A DNA stretch of 64,000 bases from Balanoglossus misakiensis (Eukaryota > Animalia > Hemichordata). This document shows, piece after piece, positions 25,301-36,300 of this stretch. Position 1 is the first letter of the stretch, and each line of letters opens with the position of its first letter. Where the stretch lies: positions 11,999,654 to 12,063,653 of the forward strand of contig CM082577.2 in assembly GCA_040954595.2 (NCBI GenBank), read 5' to 3'. Under the pieces are notes generated by a model. It saw nothing but the letters and a program-made list of their open reading frames with translations. It had not been told where the DNA came from and made no database searches. Made by a program: the position numbers and the translations under genes.

Positions 25301-28300
25301 CTGAAAGTAATTGAATTATAGAATAATATCGTTGCAATAAAGAAATCTATGAACAAAATAAAATGACAAGTCAATACAATAGTTGCTAGAATTGGTAAAA
25401 CAGGAAAAGTGGCGGGGGTGGGCGTGGGAGGGGGTGTCCCCCTCCCACATAAGAAAATTTTGTAAAATATGTAGCTCAAAGTTGCATTTTTATGAACTCA
25501 AAAGCAAATTCATCTCAATGTTTGGGAGGACCAGCATATAGAAGATGCAGCACGAAACTATCAGTTATGCGAAATTATTTAAACGATTATTCTCCTTTAT
25601 GTATTTACTTTGTTAAATATTATCATCAGTGGGTTTGGGGTGGCAAGCACTCTGCCCTGGTACAAAAGACAAACCAGCAAAAATCGAAATGTGGCGGAGA
25701 ATGTAGGGGGTGGGTGTGGGAGGGGGTTTCCCCCTCCCACACTCGACAATTTTGTAAAATAAAGGGCGCGAAACTGCAATTTTGTGGACTCAAAAGCAAA
25801 AGTTCGGTGGCAAAAGTATGTGACCCCCCCCCCTAAACGTTTAAAAAAAACAGATGACCCCCCCCTTTTGGACTTCAAAATTGAAATGACCCCCCCCCCC
25901 CCTGGATTTTGCCGCCCCCCCCCCCCCCCGGCCGTAAAAACTGAACGGTCCCTAATGACGACATGCACTTGTTGTCGATGCGTAGGAAACCTGGAGACAG
26001 TATATATACTGTAAAATCTATTCGTATAACTGTATGCATTGTTATCTATTCACAGCCATGCATGAATACGCACTTTTTCTCCTACGAAAGGACGACCAGG
26101 GGGACAATCGTGAAATAGAGAAATATCTCCAGGACTCGCTTCAAATAAAGACAGATCTCTGGGGCTCCAAAAACGACGGCAACCATATAAGCAGGGCAGT
26201 TGGCAAGTTCGATTATGTTGTGATTTCAGTAGTTTGTAAATGACAATGTGGCAGTTTAATTCTCAATGACAATTTGAACCATGAACTATGCCAAGTACCG
26301 GAATGTAGTTTGGACAACTCAGTGCAGTAAATGTGTGAATATATGATATTGCATGACTTAACTTTGTCTAGAAGTTCTCTCGTTGCACTTAGCATATACA
26401 TCTCGTTGAACCCTGTCACGTGTTGTTCTATCATAGACCTGAATATTTGTTTCGCGACAGTTGCTTTATACTGAGGGTAGTTCATTTTCTGATTTTTTTT
26501 TCTTTAAGGGATGACTGATCTAGCTGTGTTCTATCTTGTGACTGGGGACACCAGTAAATATAAAAAGGTTGAGGAGCTCTTGACAGATGCGCTGAAGATT
26601 AAGGAACGTGTACTGCCTTACTATGAACAATTCTTCAGTTGGCAGATAGGTAAATGACAGAATGCATCTCATTTGAACCACAATGTGAATAATTAGGGAG
26701 CCGTCATTATTTACGGCCTGGGGGGGGGGGGTCGGAGGAATTACACTAGAAACTCCAAAATTTTGAGAAACCCCCCCTGCCAAGCATGCACATTTTGAGA
26801 AACCCCCCCCCCCCCTTCCAACACAGAAATTTCGACTGGCCCCCCCTAAAACCGGAACAACTACATATCAATACATGTATCTGTATTGAACACCCATTGC
26901 CTGGCCATGAGGGCCATAGCGGCCGTTTATTACACCCGAGGGGCTGTGAGTTACCAGAATCATATGCTATTTCCCGAGGCCTGCGGCCTCGGGAAATAGC
27001 ATATGGTTCTGGTAACTCACAGTCACGAGGGGGTAAAAACGGCTGCTATGGCCCGAATATAGGCCAGGCTATAGGTGTTTTATAATAAACCTCATGCTAT
27101 CAGCTGGGAAAATCTTGCAATTTTCTCTTGAGGTTGGCAGACGACATCTTCAGTGGTGGCCATTGTGTCAGACGACGCGACACCGATTGACGTGACCGAG
27201 TCTGCGCACTCACGCTGGTCACGTGACCGGTTTATATTTTTTCTGCTATTTCCCTAGAGGGATTCATAGTCGATTCTATTTTCCTATCACGTGACGGATT
27301 CTGGCGAATCACGACACAGTATTAGCATGAGGTATATTATAAAAATCATTATAATATACCTCATGCTAATACTGTGCCGTGATTCGCCAGAATCCGTCAC
27401 GTGATAGGAAAATAGAATCGACTATGAACATGATGAACCGCTAGGGAAATAGCAGAAAAAATATAAACCGGTCACGTGACCAACGTGGTCACGTCAATCA
27501 GCGTCGCGTCGTCTGACACAATGGCCACCACTGAAGATGTCATCTGCCAACCTCAAGAGAAAATTGCAAGATTTTCCCAGCTGTTAGCATGAGGTTTATT
27601 ATAAACACCTATAGCCTGGCCTATATTCGGGCCATAGCAGCCGTTTTTACCCCCTCGTGACTGTGAGTTACCAGAATCATATGCTCTGGTAACTCACAGC
27701 CCCTCAGGTGTAATAAACGGCCGCTATGGCCCTCATGGCCAGGCAATAGGTGTTCACTTTTACAGTAGTGTAGTAAAAGACCTTTCAACTCCAGGTTCAC
27801 CCTGCTACATTGTAGGTGATCATCAGTTGCATCATGATGGATTGAAAAGGGTGAAACAACAAAACAATCTCAAAGTCACAACTAAATAATGATTACCGTA
27901 AAAGCTCACCCATAACCAGTAACCATCAAGTAGCATTGTGTAATTTGGACAGGCATCGTTAAAAGTCAAAATGATTATCAATCTTTGTTGATATAATAAG
28001 GAGATATGTTTTTTATGCATGATCAGGCAAGCATGCCAATCCTTTATCAGCAAATTTTGGGAAAAATACTTTGACAGTGCAGTGTGGACACTCTGGTGTT
28101 CCGCGACCGGAGGTCGCGGAGCGCTGCAGCACTTGCACAGCACACAACTAAATCTTTCAGTTGAAAAACTTTGATACATTTCCCAAAAATGAGTGACCCC
28201 CCCTCTTCATCTACAATTTTTGAGAAACCCCCCCCTGCAGCCTTCCAATTTTTGAGTAACCCCCCCCCCCTTCATTCCTCCGACCCCCCCCCAGGCCATA

Positions 28301-28799
28301 AATAATGACGGCTCCCTTAGTGTTGAGCATTTTAGGGACACGTGAAAGTTTTTGAATTACATTGTATCAGCTGTACATTTATTTTCGGACTGCAATATAT
28401 CTATATGACGTACAAGATATTGACATTGATTTCCAGGTGTCTATTTGCTTATTCGAGTGTACATGTTGCTGGAAAATGAAGAGGAAAGGGAGAAATATGA
28501 AGACATCCTGAAGACGAAAGCAAAAAGAGATTTCTTGGAGGAGTTTAAATCAGATGATCTGCACAGAGGTACAAGCTTAACAAAATCTATATGTTGACGC
28601 TAGTTAGGCTGTGATCTCTAGTTAGTGTTTCTGTTAAGTTTGAAGGGTACATAGTAAGTCTAATACACGTTAATGTACACAATTGCAATTATCAATATTA
28701 TTAATGTTGTGTCGCCTATGCATTGTTCGCCTTATACTTGAGTTGACAGCTTTCTCCTTTCTTGCAGAGTTTCCTCTGGACCCCCTAGTATGGGTTTAA
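22349..28799 (+). CDS. NB-ARC/TPR (STAND, NLR-like) paralog A; 5' exons including Walker A not found
   Basis: Exons 22349-23843, 24057-24236, 24852-25016, 26056-26202 (GC donor), 26509-26649, 28437-28568, 28768-28799 give an open 763-codon frame. Walker B WLLVLDNAD, HIIITSR, GLPLAL, FSIHRV and TPR-like helices (ALPLYTKALEV). Exon structure matches paralog B. Confidence 0.85.
24263..24558. mobile_element. Kolobok-like palindromic MITE copy in an intron
   Basis: Same family, TTAA flanks. Confidence 0.75.
25068..25952. mobile_element. PIF/Harbinger-type MITE
   Basis: TIR GGGACCGTTCAGTTTTTACGGC with TAA target duplication on both sides; subterminal poly-G/poly-C runs. Confidence 0.8.
26696..28316. 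mobile_element. PIF/Harbinger-type MITE containing a nested palindrome
   Basis: TIR GGGAGCCGTCATTATTTA(C/T)GGCCTGGGGG with TTA duplication. Confidence 0.8.
26887..27756. repeat. 870-bp near-perfect palindrome made of two inverted copies of a hairpin-ended (Crypton-like) element
   Basis: Arms 26887-27342 and 27349-27756, 6-nt spacer AAATCA. Confidence 0.88.
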
Positions 28800-28918
28800 A
28801 ACGCCAGTATGTAGCGTATTGCCATGGCCATTACCACGCATGTGCGGGATCAGCACTCTATGACGATAACATGGACACATGGCTGCAACGCTTTGTTAGA
28901 GACAGTGGAGAGATCTTC

Positions 28919-29790
28919 CAAGTTATCTCGATATTCAATGCACAGAAAGAGACATCTGGCGAAATAATTATAATTTTAGCGCGCGATATTTTACAGCAGG
29001 TGAAAAGAGTACTGTTATACAAATCATATACCACAGGTCAAAGATTTAAATTAAATTTAACGACGCAATATTTTATCTGTTTCCTTGATGTAACGTTTCG
29101 TTTCAAGTTATCTCGATATCCAATGCACAGAAAGAGACATAGGGCGAAATAGTTAGAATTTTAGCACGCGATATTTTACAGCCGGTGAAAAGAGTACTGT
29201 TATAAAAATCGTATACCACAGGTCAAAGATTTAAATTATATTATACCAGTATATTGATGGTGTAAATCACGCTATTTGATTGGTCGAGACACGACACGTG
29301 ACCGTGATATATTAGCCATATACCACAGTCATATATCATAGTCAAAGAAAATGCCTTTTTAAAATGCTTTATGCAAAGTTTCAATATACTGGCATAATAT
29401 AATAGCAATAAAACACCCCAGCCATGGTATACCACTCGATTTTGACCAGTTCAACTCCATATACGCACTCGCTATCGCTCGTGCGTATATGTCGTGAACT
29501 GCTCAAAATCTCCTGGTATATCATGGCTGGGGGTGTTTTATTGCTTAATTAAATTTAACGACGCAATATTTTATATGATTCCTTGATGTAACGTTTCCTT
29601 TTCAAGTTATCTCGATATCCAATACACAGAAAGAGACATAGGGCGAAATAGTAAGCATTTTAGCGCGCGATATTTTACAGCAGGTGAAAAGAGTACTGTT
29701 ATAAAAATCGTATACCACAGGTCAAAGATTTAAATTAAATTTAACGACGCAATATTTTATCTGTTTCCTTGATGTAAAGATTCGTTTCAA
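28919..29790. repeat. Three ~185-bp tandem units downstream of the gene A stop, interrupted by an insertion
   Basis: CAAGTTATCTCGATAT..CAGAAAGAGACAT starts at ~28919, 29104 and 29603. Confidence 0.8.
29238..29548 (+). mobile_element. Hairpin-ended non-autonomous element (Crypton-like)
   Basis: TTATACCAG..GATTGG 5' end; 3' hairpin ending ATTGCTTAA; it splits a tandem-repeat unit at an AT-rich site. Confidence 0.6.
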
Positions 29791-30882
29791 GGGGTGATGT
29801 ACAATAATTTCACCGGAGTACCTTTGAAGTATTTTTACTCAATATATATTACAGAAGTGGAACAATGAAATGAAATAGTATTTCTTCGATTTCAATAGTC
29901 TCCATGTCTCTTAAGTCTTATAATGAAGATGTCCAAAAAGCAAACGGTATTTCATAAGCGGCATTTTCAAATACAGTGTATCACCTTCCGGTATATTATG
30001 AACGTAGCGACTGCAACAGATTCGCAATGGGGATGTGTATCACTCCTCGACCAGTGTAACACGGCATTTTATAAGCACATTTCTTACACGCAAGGGACAC
30101 TGTACCGCGCCAATTTAACTGAATTATTCAAAGAGTTAGTTTAGGTTGCACTCATAGTGGGATGCACAAACTCTGGCATATTTCAAGTTTTTTCACGTAG
30201 ATGTATTCTGATATTCCAAAAGGTCAGATTTATCAACAAGAGAGCTTACGTTTTCATTGGCCTTTATTTTTGTCTGCTGATGTAGTTAAACATTTTATTT
30301 TGTAGGCATTTGCATATCAAAAAAACGGACATTGTTTTGGCAACGCCATCATCTTTGATACATCAAACTGCAATAATACAAGTTGAATAAATAACGACTC
30401 TGTCATTGACAAAACACGTTGACTTGCTGTGTCGTTATGTATGTATATTGCATTTTACTTTTTAAAATTAAACAACTTATTTATTTTGTGTTTGGCTCAT
30501 TTAGATACTGCACGGTTATTTTCTTTCCTTCTCCCGGCTTCATCGTACTTTACCATGAATTAGGCCTATTCGACCAAACTTAAATTTGTGCCAAGCCCAA
30601 AATAAGTAATGAAACTGACGTCTCATATAAGTTTCTGCATGCGTATGGATTGACTTGACTATACGAGCTGCTTGACTCGAACGAATATTTTGTTCGAATC
30701 TTCCCGATAGATGTGTCTCAAATAGCGAAATTCTTCTTGAAAACCATACACTGGACACAAATACACGACCGGCCTGTGATTTACGTGGCAGTAGTAAAGT
30801 TCCTTAATCGCCATTGAGTGCAAATGAATAGGGTACACACACTTTACAAATTGCTCAAACTAGACCAGTTATTCACTCGTAA

Positions 30883-31172
30883 AGCGCGTAGCTCGTCTCA
30901 CACGCATGTTCCAACTGTAGCCGCTGGTTACAGACGTTTAGTGAACAGTCAATCCCATAAGACAGTACTCACACAAGAAGGCGGCGACCATAATCTGTGT
31001 CGGAGTTCGGGAAAAGACACTAGCTTGGGTGCAAAGGAGGGACAAAACCAGAATCTACTTATACGGTGCTCATGAAATATGGAAGGAAGCGAAGGCAGTC
31101 CACTATTTGAATGCATCGAATGGAAAATTTGCTGGGAAGTTACGCGCATGCTCGTGAGACGAGCTACGCGCC
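30883..31172. mobile_element. Small TIR element (MITE)
   Basis: GCGCGTAGCTCGTCTCAC ... GTGAGACGAGCTACGCGC. Confidence 0.6.
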
Positions 31173-33328
31173 TTAAGTCAAATTTTGTCCATTCACGTAC
31201 ATGACTGCATATAGTCAGTGTTGCATACAGTTTTGGACCACATGGGCCTTTTATTCTCAGAGCGTGGATTCATTTCACGTTGATAGGATAATTGCTGTCA
31301 ATGCACACTGCTGTGGCAACGTTTTTTTTGTTTTCAAATGAAACAGACTTTTTGGTACAAGTAGTTCGTTTCGTCTAAATATCACACACAAAATCGCCAC
31401 TTTTCATACAGCAAATTTCCTACTTTTTTATCTAGGTTATGCACGTACTGACATTATGTTTCACGGTGAGTGATTTTATGCAAGTATCCCGTGTATTCTT
31501 AATATCACAGAAAGAGAGACTTTGACCCTTTAGTGGGCAAGAATTTCATCTCGGGGAAACACATGTAGCATGTCCATACAATACAGCGCCCACAGTGGAC
31601 AACTAACGCGGAAGCTACCCCTGACTTTGTCCGTTGCGCGTAGTATGGCGAGGTGAGCATCAGGCGGTCGTGTTAGGTCGTTGTCTACCATTGGTAATCC
31701 CAAACTGAAAGTCGGTGAGTACAATCAGCTGTCCCCGTTCGTTCATTTTGTCGAAGGCACATGTCACGACTAACAATGACGTGATTCTTTCTTGCGTAGA
31801 ACGTACATGTATCCGTTAAATCATACTTTCAGTTTGCTTTCATGTCACACACACACACACACACACCTCCATTGAAGACTGCTGACGGAGGTTTAAATCA
31901 ACCAATACTGTAAACCCTTAAGTGTCAGTTATGCATTATTAGGACAATACTCAGGTAATGTCACCGAATATATAGCCTAGTACCTACCCGTATTTTGTCC
32001 GCTTTGCTTCCAAAACTAAGCAAAGCGGACAAAATAGTGATAGGTACTAGCCTACCGAAAATGGGACAGTGTTCGAGTGCACACGGCAGAGGTAAGGTGC
32101 GCACTCAACCATGTATACAATACAGCACAAACATGTATAAGATGTATCAAGTTTCTCGCAGTAACGAGACATGGAAAGACCATTCGGCAAAATTGAGCCA
32201 ATCACCTCCTTTCCAAAATCCTTGTGGTTTAAACAGCATATTGACTGTTTGCAAATTATAATCTGTTAGTATTAAGCTACATTTGTGGCGTACGTGCTCA
32301 ACTGCCGCAGTCTGTATTAACTCTGGTTTAAGAGGGTCACTAAGTCATCGACCGGTCACACGGCGACCGACCAAAGTTCTCCAAAGAATATTGCGTTTGT
32401 TTGCGTGTCATCGCTACCAGAGACGGTATCAGGCCACCTCGCTCTATTAACATGAATTGACCCAATTAAAAAAGTTGCCTCTGATGCATTTGTCCAGCGC
32501 TTTGCGCCAAATCTTCGCTACTCAAATATAGTATGCGCCTCGAGGACATTTCCCTTTCAACGACTTTTCATTAAAAAAATGGTATTTTAAATATTCCTCG
32601 CAGAGTTTACGAAGAGATAAGCGGCCATTTTTAGTTTCAAATTTGAGACAATTTGGTCCTCTCATTCAAAGTTTTGCAAGGTGACTATACTTCTAAATTT
32701 TAAGAGATGATATTCTACAAGGTTTTTCTGATTTTAGAGGCGCGTGCTATCTGTTGCTCTTCTGCACAATGTTTAGTAAGGTTGATACGCATGCGCATAT
32801 TTCTGGTAAACAACCGCAGAAAGGAAGGTGACTTGATTTACTGTTTAACCGGTTTCCTATACTTTACTTTATCCGTACATGCTGTGTTGGATTGTTACGA
32901 TATCAACTTGATGCAAAGATAATGAAAGTGAATGAACTGAAGAGAACCGAAACTGAAAGTGGAATCGTCTTATATGATAATGGGAACAGCAGAAGCGGGT
33001 GTCCGAATTCTGCGAGATAAATTACAAAAGAAGCGGGGAGATAGCGAGCTGACCCGATTCGTGACGTCGTCATTCCCACGTGTGGTATTTGTCACAGGCC
33101 TGATAAGGTTACCTTGAGTGACCCTCAGTTGACCCCTTCAGATATGGGACACGAGACCAGGCGAAGCTGTATTGGTCGCCAGGTCGCTTGCTGACATTGG
33201 CAGATTTGCTTTCATGAATTTGCCATTTTCGGTGCATTCGCACGAGAACGTAATCAGTTTTCAAGCTTGTCTTGCAAAAACACTGTTAAAATTGGGCAAT
33301 TGAAATTGTTATTATTCACACAACAGAC

Positions 33329-36300
33329 ATGGACGAATACACATTGGTTATAACGTTGGCAGTGATTATTTTTTTCTATTGGTTCTTCAAGACCCAACTC
33401 GGTAAGTAGGTGTTGGACATGTAAATATTTTAATATAGTAGTATTATATTACAAAACATAAAGTTTGGGTCCATTTTCATGTTGAATTTTCGATGGGATC
33501 GTATCTTAAGCCAAAATGCGGTGCCTGTTTACAGATAGAGTTACACAATTTCTATACATTGGAATTGTAGAGACGGGTAATTAGGCGACACCCACTATAT
33601 GTATTACAATTATTTGTAGATTCCCTTCGCTTGAGTCACATGGAGTGTGCGGGCGATATCTTCCTTCAAAAAGAGACCATTTGCAGTATTACGAACTCAC
33701 ATTTTTGTACAATTTGAAAGAGTGCAGACTACCACTACATGACTTTGATTACCACATTTTCTCTTCCAGGAAATGCTGAGTTGCGTGCAGAAAACAGGGA
33801 ATTACTGCAGCAACAAGAAAGAAAGCTTGGTAAGCCATGTACATGTTCGAAGGAAGGTGGCATGTTTTAATGTAGAAATAATGGACGACGCCCTGACCAT
33901 TAACGTTTGTTTATGGGCGAGTGCGAGGAGAAAGCCAAAAATTCATGGGCGAGGCGAACTCAAGAAAACCGTCAAAATTTACGAAAATGTCCCACGCAAA
34001 AGACTTGGGGCCCCGGAACTTGTGTTACGCAAAATGTTGAATACACAGAACTGTTTGTTAATATTACTATTCAGATTTACGGGCATGTCAAAAAACATTA
34101 CTGAGTATTTGTGGTCATTAACGTCGTTCATCTCGACCAATTAAAATGCGACGCACAGGTCATGGTAATATGCATACGAGCGACTTTCAGTTTTGCCTTT
34201 AAAGTTTTGAGAACCACAATGATCCTCAAGGTCAACCAGGATGAGGAATTTGGTCACAGGAGCCGTTGAAACATCCCAACATGTAATCATCCGACAAACG
34301 TCAAATTCTCGGATAATAGACCATAGATTAGACTGTACCCCACATAAACAGATGAATATTGTCTTTTAATTTCAAAGACTACTGATTGCAAGTATTGACA
34401 TAATGAAGTGTGTTTTCGGTGCCATTGCTTTATGACGTGACTACAGACGCGATACTACAGTGCACAAAAACGAGGGCATGCGCAGTAACACAAGTGCAAT
34501 TTATAACAAAATGTCATTTCTACAACTTTGCAGATGACTTAAAGAGGCAAATTGGAGCTGTAGAGAGAAGTAAGTAATCAGCCACTTTATATATTATAAT
34601 TTCGAAGATTCTTATTGATTGAGTCACTTGTAGTTTATGGACGATAGATTCTCCCATGTGCAGTATTGCAAATGTCATTAACAGTTTTTTGTAAAATGTG
34701 CAGACTACTAGTATACCGCAATCATTATCACAATTTCCTTTCAGGAAATGCTGAGTCACTTGAAAAAGTTGAAGGAACACTCGGTAAGTTTTCATGAATG
34801 CTCGCCATTCTTTTGTCAGCATAACTAAGATTAAGGTGGTTTCCTTTATTACCACTTTAATGTATTTGCTATAAAGACCTGTTTCACCAAAAGCCTGCAA
34901 GGCGCATGACGGATAGGTGGCAGAGTGCCATCTGAGACGAGCAAGCATATTCTTGTCAAATATCCCATAATAGTAAATTTTATCTCAATGGAAATATGAA
35001 TATTTATTACCGGGCACTTTGATCCGTATGTCTTGGGTTGGTTGATATATTTTGTAGCCAAATATAGAAGATTTGGGAACCAAGGGAAATCTCATGGTAA
35101 AAATTAACGAAGTCTTTACTATAGGTCTTGGGGTAGGGGGTCATTGAAATCTGTCCTATCACAATCGAAAGTCACTAAAACGATTTGTTGAAACTAGAAT
35201 AACAAGTGTTTACGAATGTACAAGTAGATGAAAGGTGTGCAATTTTGTCGCGTGAACGTTACACTCCCGGATAATCTCATTTTACCACGAAAACCTGGAA
35301 AATTACTAAAATACTCCTGGAATGTTGAATTTCTGTAGGTGTAAGAACCCTAAACATTGTATATGCACAGTGTCATTCAATTACGATACAGGACTTTAAT
35401 GTATGTGTACCAAAGGAAAGGATCATATCATTAGCATGTTTTTCTTTACAGAGGAAATAAAACGGACCGTAGAAGACGTCAATAAGCGAAGTATGTGTTC
35501 GGTATTCTCTCTATGGTACTTATAAAAATATTTGCAGACTGCCGCAAAATTTTTTGTGCATAAAGCAAAAATCGAGCGAGAAAGAAATATGATATATTCT
35601 CATAATTATAAAAAAGGAATTTTTTTCTGTCTCACCCATGATATTGTGTCCCGAAGTGGATGATATTTGTAGCCCAGTAGAATCCAACATTGGATCCTTA
35701 GCTTTAGGCCCCAAGAGCTGCCACGTTAGGCTTGTTTTAAGGATAACTCTTTAAAATTCAACTCATCCGACAAACGACGCCATTTTGAATTTGTGATGAT
35801 ACACTTCCGCGCGTACTATGAGACGTGTACTCTTGTAAAGGCGGGCTGAAAAACTATACTTCACCCATTTTAACTTTGACACGTTAAATGGCCCAATCAA
35901 GGTTTGAAAGTGATATCATGAAAATAATGCCAACATGACATCAACTAAGGCATGTATAGGATCCGTTATTAGTGAACCATTTCTCATTTTAAGTAATAAC
36001 TCACGTGTAAAAACGGAGCCTTCTATTTTGTAGTGAAATCGCATATGGACAGTAATTGACCTTTCTTTTATCACTTGCAGCAAAGCCAATGATTCTTATA
36101 CAACCGGAAAAGACCGAGAGTCTATGTCAATCCCCTATACTGGATAAACAAGCTTTGAAGCAAGCGTCTGGTAAGATTTCACAATCCCACTTGTCCTAAT
36201 TAAATGATACGAATTTTGACCAGAAATCATGTAGTTATTTTTGTTTTTTTGCAATATGGGGTAAATTTGGTTTTTCGAAAGTCTGATGTCAGCGAAAATG

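Noticed and set aside
25068-28316. Long G/C runs as functional G-quadruplexes
   Set aside because: They are subterminal features of Harbinger-type MITEs, with no independent evidence of function.
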